Below are positions 25,618-38,414 of a DNA stretch of 64,000 nt, one piece after another. The DNA is from Phoronis australis (lineage: Eukaryota > Animalia > Phoronida). The stretch is taken from assembly GCA_002633005.1 (NCBI GenBank), contig NMRA01000118.1, positions 871,838-935,837 of the forward strand, in the 5' to 3' direction. The stretch's first letter is position 1. Every line of letters starts with the position of its first letter. The translations under genes and the position numbers were made by a program. The notes under the pieces were generated by a model. It saw only the letters and a list, made by a program, of their open reading frames with translations. It had not been told where the DNA came from and did no database searches.

Positions 25618-28600
25618 CTGTAATGAGACAATCACAGTCGCGAGATGCGTAAACTTGTACCAGGACACCAGTGCATGCTAGGAACAAAGTAGACCCTGGA
25701 ATTTTCGATTTGCATCTTTCTTTTATTCTTTAAAATAAACTTTTCATGAGGCAAAAAAATGTCTTATCCCACATGCGTTGAATCTGTCGAGTGCAATGCG
25801 ACCATGTAATAATGTTTTCCGAATTCACCTCCCGCACTAGCTGTTGTGCGTGAACTTGGAATCCTGGCTGCGTAATCTCAAGATCGCGTATGCGTGAACT
25901 TGGAATTAAATATTCATTTGGGCAATCTGGTGAATTTTTTGCTCAGTGTAAAAGAATATTTGTAATTACTGCCTTCATCATCACCCATTTTCTTCTTTAG
26001 TCTAACTTGTCTCAAAGAATCGGAGGAATATGTCAATGGTTAAATCAATTATTGTTTGATGAATAAAATTGCCAATAGTTGGAGAAATATTGGTTAAAAT
26101 TAACGTTATTTTATGAACATGTAATCTGATTTAGTACAGTGCAAATTTTTAGCAACGTGAGCGTGATTATTTGAGTAAAGTTATCAAGTTTCCTCGTGTA
26201 TTCCAAATTAACGCATACGCGATCTTGAGATAAAGCAAGATTCCAAGTTCACGCACAGCAGCACTACTCTAGTCAACTAATGCAACAAAGAATAATGTCG
26301 TAGCATCACCTAGCCTTGGTGGAAAGCTGTATACTATATTGGCTCTAATAAACGCTTAGAAAAATTCATTTCACGAGGAGGGGACGCTTCTTGTAGCCTA
26401 CGGCAGTTGAAACCCAGTTTCCCAAACGGGTAAAATCGGAAGCTAGAATTCATCAATTTACGCTCTGTGACGTATTTGTAGTCTATGACAGTCTTTCTAC
26501 AAAATTGTGGTGCATTTCTATCAAATTTCGTTCTTAAATTACGATATTTTTTTAAAAAATGTGCTCATCACAGGGCGAAAACTTGCCGACTGATGCGTCG
26601 CTGAATCGCAATCGTCAATAGGAAACCTTGAATTCTTGAATAAAAATATAGTTTCGACTCAACAAATTACCTGAAATCTTCCTTATGTTTTACAATTTTT
26701 AAAGTTCATGTGGAGTCCAGATTAATTGCGATTAAGTCCAAATCTGCGCTACATCGTACCCCACAACACGAGAAAAATCTCTGGATGAACACACAAGTTG
26801 TTGTCACGTGACGTTTGTTTTGAAGTTCGTCTGCGTATGAGAGTGAGTGAGCGTGCGTGTGCGGGTCATCGACGGTAGACTTTTTTGTTACAAAAGGCGA
26901 AGGATTATGCAAGAAAATGGCGTTTACTAGATTGTTTTTCACTTAAACGGCTGCAACGTGCAAGGTGATCGAGTGCTGCTTAACTCACAGATTTTGGGTG
27001 CACAGGCCGACGGTCGTTAGTTCTACCGTGGAGTATTAATAGTCCAAGGCTCGATCTACATGTTGGGGACGAGGTGACGAGGTGAACTACCCGGGCTGTG
27101 TAAAATTTCTGGGTCTAACGGAGACACTGACGCAGTGGTCAGCCAGCTTGCTGTATCAAGACTATAGTCAAAATCCAAATTCGTTTGATCGTGTCCCTGT
27201 CAATAATAGCGGCATGCTAAAGTTTCTTAATTTCCGTACTTCAGGAACATAACAATCACGTGTTTTGTACACATACATGTACGCGCACGCCGCAGATCAC
27301 TTCTCGGAAATTTCCGATTTGACGGATGACAATGAATGAGCACAATGAAATTAAACAACGTCGTTTTACAGCTTGTAAGATTCACAATAAACGTATTTTG
27401 AATATTGCATTGCATGTGTTCCAAAATCTAAATAACTTGGGTCCTACATTTTTGTATTCGTGCGCGCCGAATGAAAGTAATCGCGAGTGTTGCTGTGTTG
27501 CAAAATCTCTTATCCTGGGCCGATTTGAAAAACTCAAAGTTGTACTCATATTTGTTTTCGCTCCTCTTTTCAAATGTTACAGTAAAAACTACGTAAAACT
27601 CTCTCCATAAAAAGTACAGTCTGCTAGGCTAGATCGTAATCAGCTGATCATATCCGCAAGAGCGAAGCCAAATTGTCCTCGCTCGTGCTCGAATGGAGCA
27701 GTTTGGTGGCATCCCTTTGATCGTGAGCCGAGCGCGATTCAGCCAAGGTGGATAAATACGGTTTAGTTAAATTTTCCAAACCCCACAGTTTACCCTGACA
27801 GCCGTTTGGACCAGTCTTATTTAGTGGGAATGTTTATAGCATGTCAGGCCACTTACTTCGCAGTGAAGACGAAAATTGGCACGTGACTTTATATTCCATC
27901 TCACACTCGAAACATTTCTCAAGCTACCCGTAGCCTTTAACTGTTTAAAATATTTTCTACGGTCGTCATCTACTCTTCCAAACCTCCAAAATACGAGCTA
28001 ACCCATCTTTGCAACATACAAAAATAACTTTTTCAAGTGTGCATAATATACTCACCTTGGAAAGTTCATTATCATTTTCCGATGCCTTTTGTTTCTTTCG
28101 TTTACTGTTATAAACCATATACAGAACTCCGCTGTAGACCCAAACTGTCAAATGCAAAATAACGACTTCACTGTACATGTGAAAGGAACGTGTAAATTGA
28201 CGATTCTTGTGACATGCGAGTTCGTAAGTGGTTTATATACATGTACATGTAATTTCTGAACTCAGACTTGGTTCCGACTGACTCAAAACTTTTATGTCAC
28301 AAGATTCTTGTATAAACGTGCAAGCATTTGCCTAATTTTTGAGTCTGTTCTGATTTAACGAATACCGATTGATCGACTTTCAAAAGTAGGGAAAGACCAA
28401 AATACAAACTATGGAAATTCAAACTAGAGTGACGCAAAGATGCGCCCATGACTGCACCGCAAACGATATGCTTCGAGGGGTTTTTACATGTAGTATCACA
28501 AAAATGGCGGTTACAATCAAATGGTCTACTGGCGGAGCTAAAACTCCCTCGATAAAAAACAAGAGTTAAGGAATTCCAGACTTGTTAATTGCTAACGCGA

Positions 28601-31600
28601 ACGGGATTTACTTGTTAAAGGCAAAGGCAACCCTGTCATGTCATTTTTAGCAAAAAATATGGTTCGTTGATTATCCCAGACAAATGTTTTCCACTTAATT
28701 ACAACTTTTCTTAATTTGATTAATTATTCGTTTTCTACTCCGGAAGTGACGTTTTAGGAGGCAAGGATTTCGCGCCAATTTCTTTTCCCGTAGTCTGACT
28801 ACATGAACGTTGACGAGTCAGTCATAGATCTACCTCGGTTGTCATAAGTTCAGTCGTCGTTTGCTTTTGTTTACGAGTCAGTCAACATGCCACACTGTTG
28901 CTGCCTACCGGGATGTACTCATTACGGCCCAAAGCCTGTATGCAGCCCTGCTGCGATATTGAGTAGTGGGAGTGAATACAGGCCCCGTTCGACACACAGT
29001 GAAGAGGACAGTTCGTTGTTCAATGAACAGATCGGTGAGTCAAATTTTGAAAAGTTTATTGTGTTCTTGTCTAAAGTATTGGGGCTATTTAGAAGGTGCC
29101 AGGTGTGTGGCGAGGGTGTCACACGACGGGGTGTAAGCAGTTTGTGTGCTCAAGTCACTATCAGTGGGAGTGTGTCGCAGACACTCGGGCAAGTGAGGCA
29201 GTTGTTCCTCTGTCCGTGGGACGATAATGAGTACATCCCGGTACGCAGCAACAGTGTGGCATGTTGACTGACTCGTAAACAAAAGCACACGGTGACCGAA
29301 CTTGTCAAAACCGCGAGATAGAACAACGAGTGACTGGGCAGCTCTCCCAGTCAGACTATACGAAAAGCAATAGGCGGGAAATTCTTGCCTCCCAAAACGT
29401 CACTTCCGGAGTAGAGAACGAATAATTAATCAAATTACGAAAAGCTGTAATTAAGAGGGAAATATGTCTGGGATAACCAACGAACCTTATTTTTGCTTCA
29501 AAAGACATGGAAAAAGGTTGCCTTCGCCTTTAACGCGTGCGGGTTTGTCTCCTTTAGTGCGCTTGTCTTTTTCGCAACGAAGATGGATGTTCTCGTCGCG
29601 AGGTAGACCTACAAGTAACGCGACTGAGGCTGATAGGTCATGGAGTTGGTTAGACATGTACATAACCGTGGGTAAATACAGCAACTTGATCTTTTCATTT
29701 GTGCGTGAATATTATTCAGGAAATTGACACACGCAGTTGAATACATTACTGTTGCTGTCTTGTTGACATATTGTTATCGTCATGATTAGTTAACAGAGAT
29801 AATGCAATGTTGAATGATTCCAGATAAGAACCCTGCGACTGACAAGGACTGATGTGGTGAGCGGACAGATTCAGAGACTGTTTTCAGTCTGTTGTGAATT
29901 TCCTTTTGGAACCAAACATAAAAACTGATGCCCAGACAAATATTTAATTAACACGGATGCGCTCAGAAGTCACAGTTATTTCCAGTTTGTATGTTAGTGC
30001 ACTATCGTTGACTTGTCCGATTTTGAATTTACTGACCATGAGACTACCAACGTTACCCTAAACATTTGCTCATTACCATAAAGTAGAATTGTGGAATTGC
30101 CGGTCTCCTCAGATGGCGACCGGTCTTATAATTGCCATTCTTCCACAACAATACAATATTGTGCTTTTAAAAGAAGTAGTAGATATTATGTTACCTGGTA
30201 AAAACAATGTTAAGAACCCAATGACTGATAAGCTCAGTCTCACATGACATAGGCTGCTGGAAGAGAAATGCGGGAGCAACTTGTATCCTACTGCTGATTG
30301 GGTAATCAGGTAGATGTAGGTCATCGAATAACCAATGGCGGCGCCTAAATAGTGCATTGTGACGTTGATCCTTCTGGAGTGTTGGCTCTTCACACGAAAT
30401 ATCAAATCCTAAGAAAAAATAGTTAGAAGTGAGTTTTTAAAGCAACGTGACAACTTGTGTGCATTCACTGAAAATACGAGTCCCCATTTTTAAAAATCTT
30501 GTTTTTCCTGACTTTCGGATGCGACTAGACTGAAACCCTGTCTGCAAAATGATTTAGTGCCAGGACGTCCTATAGGAAGGGTTGGGTTGGGACGTGGTAC
30601 AAACTCACTCGGAGTACCTGCCCTACTGCGCAGGATAAATGAAAGAAGCAACGATTGTAGAAGAGAACGAACCGGGGACAAACACGGGGACACACAATGT
30701 CGGACAACTTGTAAAACAGCCTTTGGCTTTAACCATGATTTTGCTTATCAAAACATTATCTTTGGGCTTTGGTAGCTGAAATGCCCAATTTCTCACTTAG
30801 TAGTTGTACTTTTCACCATGAAATGGTTCAACTCGTAGCCAAAATGTACAAACGCAGAGGACTGGCGTGGTCCTTTCTTAATACTTTATACCGTCAGAGA
30901 TCTTCTGCATACTCGACAACATCCTATGGTAGCATAATTTTAATATATAAATCGACTGCAAAGTACTTGAGCAGTGAAGCCACGATCTATGTTCAAGGTA
31001 TTAGGAGTGTGGAGTGTGCCTCCGTCCGCAACAAAGCGAGTTTTCTCAGGAGAAAGTCAAGTTCATGAAAGATCTCGATAAATGACACGAGTGGTATGCG
31101 GTTAAGCTTGCATGTACCAACGTAGAGGTTTTTACCTCTTAAGGTGACACAAGCGTGTATTATACCTTTATGTTACTGAAACTTGCCAAGAGTTATCTCT
31201 ACAGATACACCTGTACCATTTAGGGGTATCTCAGGATCAAAAAGCATGGCATTAGCGATATGGGGTCCGAAAAGTGACCACTTAAGCCTTATGATAATTG
31301 GGCTTCATAAATTATGACTGCGTTGTATACGATAATTAATTGAAATTTCCCGATTGCTTTCCGGCTGGGCGGAGGGTTTCTAGGTACCTGTCGCAGTGAT
31401 TATATTAGTCGATTTCGGTAAGCTGGTCTCGAGAGAGACAACAGATGAAACACGATGCCGAAAGATACTGCACCCTTGAAAATTTTTTCAGTAATAATTC
31501 TCATTTGTTTGGGACAGCTGAACGAAACTAATTTGCATATAACATAAGGTCATGAGACATATGCAAATGACACTTATATACGAATTCAGTGTTTATATGT

Positions 31601-34600
31601 ATTTTTGTAAATGACATTTCTAAAGACATGTTTCTGTAAATTGTGTTGACATTCACTGTGGATTTGTGAGCCAGTGAACACGGGTATGGATAACATGCGT
31701 TTTTATACACGTATTTCAGATAAGCTTGGTGTCAAACAGTGAGTTTAGAAAACTGTAAATCGATTTGAAAAATAATTTTTGACACAGTCATCAATCATAA
31801 TCATTAAAACGTGTAGAAACGTTGATGTTCTGTTTAAATTTGACTACTGGAAAAGAGCGCGCTGAAAGCAATTCCGTTTTCTTGATAAGCACTGCAAATT
31901 TTAGAGACTTGTAGTGATGTTGATGACGGCGATATAGCATGTTTTGGATTCTACTCAACTTTAAACTTTTTTTGATGTACTCACCGAATAATTCGCTACG
32001 ACACTCACACCGATAAACGCTAAAATGGACACAAAAAAGGAAACGTTGTTGGCCCTGTGAGCTGACGAGAACTCCGGCGTTCTAGGCACGAACGTCTGTA
32101 TTTGCTTACATCTAAAAATCGCCGTTATAAGTCCTGCAAATATGTCGTAAAGTTACAGTTATAAACTAGAAAGATTATTGTCACGGTGCGACAATAGAGG
32201 ACTCTGCACATGCGTATTACTGGAATTATTATGGGAAGTTACTGACAGCAACCCGTTTACCTTTGACCCTAGCCGGTGCATTATAAGCGTATTGAGGAGA
32301 AGTATTGCAAAGCCTGTGAAAAGTGTGTTTAATGCTGAGAATCACAGATGTCTAATGGTTGACACATCAGAATTCTTGGTGAATGAAAAGGACAAATTTT
32401 CAGAAAAAAATGCACCTAATGACCCCATGGTTGCACTAAATGACCTGAAACTTTGGATTTCGAATTGAATTAGACGTACCAATCAAATTTGTGGTTTTGA
32501 AGTGTCTAGCTCAAAATTTTAGTTTGCATTCAATAACCTTTGACCTATTTTCTTTGATTGGGTGGCCCTACTTCTTTGTAAAGTAGGGTATTTCATTGGC
32601 ATGTAGATTTACACCAATGTGCTGGAACTGAAGAAAATTCCTTGAAAAATACAGAAAAAATAACCTTTTCAATAGAAGATGACCTTTGCACTTATTGACC
32701 CTATCCAGTGCATTACAAGCCCTTTTAGTAGAACTAACTGCAAAGTCCGTGAAAAGTATATTTATTGCTGAAAACCAGAGTTGTCTAACGGTTGACACAT
32801 CAGAATACTTGGTGAATGAATAGGATAAATTTTCTGAAGAAAAATGCACCTAATGACCCCATGGTTGCTCTAAATAACCTGAAACTTTGGATTTCGAATT
32901 GAATTACCTGTACCAATCAGCCTTGTGAATTTGAAGTGTCTAGCTCAAAATTTTAGTTTGCACCTAATGACCTTTGACCTGATTGATCTGATTGAATGAT
33001 TTGATTACTTAGAAAAGTATTTTTTTAAATTTTCATGTTGACTTATACCTGTGCACCGAATTTGAAAAAGATAGCTTTTAAATGGAAGGAGGAATAGCAT
33101 TTAGAAAATTATATGACCTTTGCACCAAATGACCCCTTCCGGTGCAATATGGAAGGTGATTAAAAACGAATCAACATTTATTTACTGTCAAAAATCATAT
33201 ACTGAATTTAAAGAACGTACCTGCACTCCATTTGGAGTTATTAAGCCTCGAAGTTGGTCGGAAGAAGAATAAGAAGAACTAGAAAGATTATTGTCACGGC
33301 GTCAAAATAACGGACTCTGTGCGTGCGTATTACTGGAATTATTATGGGTAGTTACTGACAGCAACCCGTTTACCAATATGAAAAGGAATTCTTTAAAGTT
33401 GTAGGAGAAATTACATATTAATTTTTTGATGACCTTTCCACTAATTGACCTCTTCCGGTGCATTATGAGCCCCTAAGAGGGAGTAATTGTTAACTCGATT
33501 AAAAGTGTTGTTAAATGCTAATAATCACATATGTTTTACTTTAAGCACTTCAGAATATAAGATGAATGAAGTGGTCAAACTTTCAGAAGAAAAATGCACC
33601 TAATGACCCCATGGGTGCACCAAATGACCTGAAAATTTAGAATTCACAATCAATCACACTTAGTAAACAGATACGTAATTCTGAAGTCTCTAGCTCAAAA
33701 TTTTAGTTTTCACTCAATGACCTTAGACCTATTTTTTCTGATTGGTTAGGCCTATTGCAAAGTAAAGTAGGGTGCAATTGGCATTTTGACTTGCACCAGT
33801 GTGCTAAAATTGAAAAGAATTCCTTGAAAAACGTAAGACATATACCATTTTGAACGTTACATGACCTTTGCACTAATTGACCTTATCCGATGCATTTTAA
33901 GCATCTTTAGGAAAATTATTACAAAGCCCCTGAAAAATGTGTTTAACGCTGAGAATCACAGTTGTCTAACGGTTGACACATCAGAATACTTGCTGGTTTA
34001 AAAGGTCTAATTTTCAGAAGAAAAATGCTCCTAATGACCCCATGTTTGCACTAAATGACCTGAAACTTTGGATTCCGATTTGATTTACCAGTGGCAATCA
34101 GTCCTGTCAATTTGAAGTGTCTAGCTCAAAATTTTAGTTTGCACCTAAAGACCTTTGACCTATTTCACCTGATTGGATAACCCGATTACTTATAAAGTAA
34201 TTTTTTAAATTGTCATGTTGACTTATATCTGTGCACCGAATTTGAAAAAGATGGCTTTAAAACTAAAGCAGTAGTAGCATTTTGAAAATTATATGACCTT
34301 TGCACCAAACGACCTCTTCCGGTGCAATATGGAATATGATAATATAACCAATCAAAATTTATATACTGTCAAAAGTCATATGCTGAATTTCAAGAACGTA
34401 CCTGCACCCATTTTGGAGTTATTAAGTGTCAGAGTTGGTTGGATGAAGAATAAGAAGAATAAGAATAAGAACTAGAAATATTGTCACGACGTGACAATAA
34501 CTGACTCTGCGCGTGCGTATTACTGGAATTATTATGGGAAGTTACTGACAGCAACCCGTTTTCAATATGAAAAGGAATTCCTTAAAATTGTAGGAGAAAT

Positions 34601-37600
34601 TACATATTAATTTTTTGACGACCTTTCCACTAATTGACCTCCTCCGGTGCATTTTGAGCCACGATGAGGAAGTAATTGTTAACTCGATTAAAAGTGAGCC
34701 CCTAAGAGGGAGTAATTGTTAACTCGATTAAAAGTGTTGTTAAATGCTAATAATCACAGATGTTTTACTTTAAGCACTTCAGAATACAAGATGAATGAAG
34801 TGGTCAAACTTTCAGAAGAAAAATGCACCTAATGACCCCATGGGTGCACCAAATGACCTGAAAATTTAGAATTCAAACTCAATCGCACTTAGTAAACAGA
34901 TATGTAATTCTGAAGACTCTAAGTCAAAATTTAAGTTTGCACTCAATGACCAAAGTAAAGTAGGGTATTTAATTGCCATGTTGACTTACACCAGTGTGCT
35001 GATTGATGAGGTCAAATTGAGCCCCGATGAGGTAGTAATTGTTAACTCGATTAAAAGTGTGGTTAATTCTAATAATCACAGATGTTTTACTTTAAGCACT
35101 TCAGAATACAAGATGAATGAAGTGGTCAAACTTTCAGAAGAAAAATGCACCTAATGACCCCATGTTTGCACTAAATGACCTGAAACTTTGGATGCCGATT
35201 TGATTTCCCTGTAGCAATCACACCTGTCAATTTGAAGAGTGTAGCTCAAAATTTCGGTTTGCACCTAATGACCTTTGACCTATTTCACCTGATTGGATGA
35301 CCCAATTACTTAGAAGTGTAAATTTTTAAATTGTCATGTTGACTTATACCTGTGCATGAATTTGAAAAAGATAGCTTTAAAACTGGAGGAGTAGCATTTT
35401 GAAAATTATATGACCTTTGCACCAAACGGCCTCTTCCGGTGCAATATGGAATATGATTATATAACAATTCAAAATTTATATACTGTCAAAAGACGCTGAA
35501 TTTAAAGACCGTACCTGCACCCAATTTGGAGTTATTAAGCCTCAAAGTTGGTCGGAAGAAGAATAAGAATAAGAATAAGAAGAATAAGAATAAGAATAAG
35601 AATAAGAATAAGAAGAATAAGAATAAGAAGAATAAGAATAAAATTGAAGAAAACCCAGGAACAACAGTACTCTGCTCTTACACACGCAGAGTAATAAGAA
35701 GAATAAAATTGAAGAAAACTCAGGAACAACAGTACTCTGCGCTTACACGCGCAGAGTAATAAGAATAAAATCGAAGAAAACCCAGGGACATCAATACTCT
35801 GCGCTTACACGCGCAGAGTAATGACCTCTTTACACGGTTTGCAATACCTGGCAGGGAACGGTATTTCCAGGGAACAGACAAACACCCACAGTTGTTTATT
35901 AACGGTTTTGGCCTCGCGAACGACTTGGGGATGGTTGATACGCGGAGCATCAATGAAATATTGATATAAAAATATCATGTGCAAATGTACACTGAACATT
36001 TAGAAATCTATCAGGGCTGATCGTATTCTAAGTCTATACATGTACGTTGACGTTGCGTGAATATATTCAGTGCGCTCATTCCTAGTCCTGTCGCTCGCCT
36101 GTGTGACTGGAGCTGCGAAAGGTTGAATAAGTGCGCAAGTCAACTCAGAAGTTTAGTTATCCACGTAAGCTTCAAACAAAATTCTTTATATTTACTGATC
36201 GCAAATTTATAATACGTGCAGACATAGGACTACCCAAACATTTCGTTTTACAAAAATTACGACGCCAGTGGACAAGATAAAGCGGACTTCGGTTGTAAAT
36301 ATTCAATGGACATTCGCATATTATTAAACATATAATATCTGATTCATAAGATGTATCTGAATTCCTAACACCCTCATGCTAGATGTCTAAACGTAAGAAG
36401 ACTGGCTTTAAGGGCGTGCAAAATTACTCCATACACGTATGATTATACGTGTGCTGTTTATACAGAATAATACATAAGTTACACACAAAACGTTTCATTG
36501 TGGGTAGAACCGTGTCATTTGGTCGTTCGGTGTAAACAAGAGCAAAAACAACATAAAATTATATTCAATTGGAACCAGGAGACAAATGTCATGTAGTTGT
36601 GGGTAGCATTATAAAACCCGTCCAGATAAGGAGATGTTGGTGCTAATGTTAAACACTGGCGTAGACAGAAGCATTTAGATGGGGTTGAGAAAACGCAAAC
36701 TTACTTATGGTAACTTAGGAGAAAGTTGGAATGGACAGGGGACCAAACACAAACTGCAAATGATGTTGCACCGGTGGGAGGGTTTTTTGCAATAAACAAG
36801 GGAGTCACATCCCCGCTGCGCAACATGGCCAATGCCAATGTTTTGACTGCCTGTAGTCCTGCCACTAGTAAGATGTCAGATAGCTGGGGTGTAAAGTTGC
36901 CGACTAAGACATTATTCTAAAAAGCTGCTACAGCAAATGCCTTACCGCACACCGAGGCAAAATTAAGCAGCTGTGAGAATATGTTTCTCTCTGGACTTTC
37001 ATGGGCTGCGTCACTGCAACGTAAATATTTGTCCTCGGTAAGTCATTTCCATTCATTAGGTTCATACCGCAATGTCTACGGCTGATCAGTAGTGCAGAGA
37101 TTTCCGCTTGCCGACCTGGCAATTTTGCACTGACCTTGCTTTGGAACCCTGTGCAGTACTGAAACCACACGTTTCATATATCGTACTAAACTTGCATGAT
37201 AGGCTGATATGGTTAGTATTTAAAAACATTTAGTGTAGTATCATTTAGATGGCAAGAATTAAGTCATGAGTCACCAAACTCAGTAGAGAGCAAAGTAAGA
37301 AAATTTGCCATGAACATTTTGTTGCTGCCTTGAAAGAAAGTTACTGGAACAGGGTACATAAGGAGGGGTCCACTGCAAAGTATACATGTCCATCAATACC
37401 GCATGCGTTTCCGAAGTACGCCATGGAAACGTTAGAATGGAAAATCCAGTCGAACTGAGAGCATAACTGTGATTCTTCATGTATACTGTACATGTGTAAA
37501 TAACTGTATTCTTACATTGTTTTCATGTAGGAACTCGACAGTAAGATGCATATTTCTCTTGAAAAATGGAATAACTGGTGAGTAAGGTGTTTCGGCTTGG

Positions 37601-38414
37601 TTATGTTTTATGTTTCCGTGATGCGGCCGGATTGATTGACAAGCTGATTGAAATAATTAATTTGTTATGTACTCGATGTACTCATAAAAGAATGACATTT
37701 TCACTTGTAATAAAGTTTTGGTGGACTTTCAACTACTACAATTTTGTATTTAGCACAACGCGCGGAAACTATAGTGAGGACTGAGTGGAGCTTGATTTTG
37801 CCAGGACTATGCAGCAAATAAAATGTAAGGTTAATGGACTTCACTTTTGCATGAATACGATGTGCTGGTTCGATGGCAAATGGGGCCGTAGTGCCGTGAT
37901 TATCTGTCGACCATATCATCTGGTTTGTCTGTCGCATAACCTGTGGATGTGCGTTTGCTCCGAAGTACGTCTACCCGTTTTATCGTCTGGGAGCATAAGT
38001 CTGGATCGTAACCAACGGAAGACATATTATGTGACTATAGAACACACACCATGCTTGTTAATAAAACTCACCTGATGTATGGGAAGAACGGCTTCACGTG
38101 ATTCAGTTGCACGGCTATGGAATACCTGCAGGAGAAGGTAACTCCACATATTGAGCGTGTCTTGTCAGAGTTCCACCTAGGCCGCCTATAGAACGTCCCT
38201 CTCAGGCATGGTTATCAAAAATGTTTTCAACCGATGGGGAAATAATTCGATTACAGCTAGTGCTCTTAAATTCCCCCAGATTTAGCAAGCCTTTGGAACA
38301 TTAATAAAAATAGCTGCAAAATTTAACTTACGTTACAAGCATGGTTGCCAATAAGAATACACTGCACCCAAGCGGGAAATAGTGAAGTCGTCTGTTGATG
38401 AAGTCAACTGGCAT
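25012..38414 (-). CDS. DRAM: Frag1/DRAM/Sfk1-family (DRAM/TMEM150-like) multi-pass membrane protein, complete, 420 aa. Exons 38332-38414, 38072-38125, 36946-37013, 31985-32133, 30195-30408, 28056-28144, 25012-25617
   Basis: Exon lengths 83+54+68+149+214+89+606=1263 nt with all phases consistent. Protein: MPVDFINRRLHYFPLGCSVFLLATMLVT|YSIAVQLNHVKPFFPYIS|DAAHESPERNIFSQLLNFASVC|GLITAIFRCKQ..FIGVSVVANYS|..MHYLGAAIGYSMTYIYLITQSAVGYKLLP..CHVRLSL..|..|LHDVDALCHWISALALVVLFFSFVHEF. The HV-x-PF-x-PYISD, PExxIF, H-x-LGA, CHVR and W..FxxEF motifs match DRAM1/2. Confidence 0.9.
25838..26266. mobile_element. MITE with ~55-bp TIRs (TAG...CTA ends, possibly Academ-type)
   Basis: gctgttgtgcgtgaacttggaatc..atctcaagatcgcgtatgcgt is inverted against acgcatacgcgatcttgagat..gattccaagttcacgcacagcagc; AT-rich core. 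Confidence 0.75.
28056..28144 (-). CDS. DRAM: DRAM-like exon 6
   Basis: Of the three nearby AGs I checked, only ttgacag (28145-28146) keeps phase 1; VWVYSGVLYMVYNSKRKKQKASENDNELSK|GTGAG. Confidence 0.75.
28619..29529. mobile_element. Non-autonomous Kolobok-like foldback element: TTAA flanks, ~300-bp inverted arms, transposase remnant core
   Basis: TTAA|aggcaaaggcaacc ... ggttgccttcgcct|TTAA; arms 28619-28924 and 29226-29529. ORF 28887-29267 has a THAP-like start MPHCCCLPGC and KFIVFLSKVLGLFRRCQVCG, resembling animal Kolobok-type transposases. Confidence 0.8.
30195..30408 (-). CDS. DRAM: DRAM-like exon 5
   Basis: ttttttcttag|DLIFRV..MHYLGAAIG..CHVRLSLSVIGFLTLFLP|GTAAC. Confidence 0.92.
31985..32133 (-). 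CDS. DRAM: DRAM-like exon 4
   Basis: tttgcag|GLITAIFRCKQIQ..NNVSFFVSILAFIGVSVVANYS|GTGAG. Confidence 0.9.
32164..35823 (+). mobile_element. Helentron/HINE (DINE-1-like) non-autonomous element: three head-to-tail units with internal subrepeats, (AAGAAT)n and 3' stem-loops
   Basis: Units start aactagaaa..ttgtcacg..actctg..tgcgtattactggaattattatggg at 32164, 33277 and 34470. Internal ~440-bp subrepeats rich in tgacct; each unit ends in AAGAAT repeats. Terminal tactctgc..gcagagta hairpins at 35668, 35733 and 35795. Confidence 0.7.
35556..35641. repeat. (AAGAAT)n microsatellite
   Basis: Seen directly; it explains the KNKNKN and ILILIL pseudo-ORFs. Confidence 0.95.
36946..37013 (-). CDS. DRAM: DRAM-like exon 3
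   Basis: ttgcag|..DAAHESPERNIFSQLLNFASVC|GTAAG; 68 nt. Confidence 0.92.
38072..38125 (-). CDS. DRAM: DRAM-like exon 2
   Basis: cttctcctgcag|..YSIAVQLNHVKPFFPYIS|GTGAG. Confidence 0.92.
38332..38414 (-). CDS. DRAM: DRAM-like exon 1 (start, TM1)
   Basis: ATG at 38414, AC|GTAAG donor in phase 2; an AG acceptor ~16 nt upstream of the ATG suggests a further 5'UTR exon. Confidence 0.85.

Noticed and set aside
28145-28178. ATG of ORF 27966-28178 as the start of a separate gene
   Set aside because: Better explained as intron sequence preceding DRAM-like exon 6.
35526-35759. KN-rich and IL-rich ORFs
   Set aside because: They are translations of the (AAGAAT)n microsatellite.
36705-36916. Possible extra DRAM-like exon (AG...GTAAGT bounded, a GHV motif in one frame)
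   Set aside because: The gene is complete and in phase without it; the phase-compatible frame ends in a stop.
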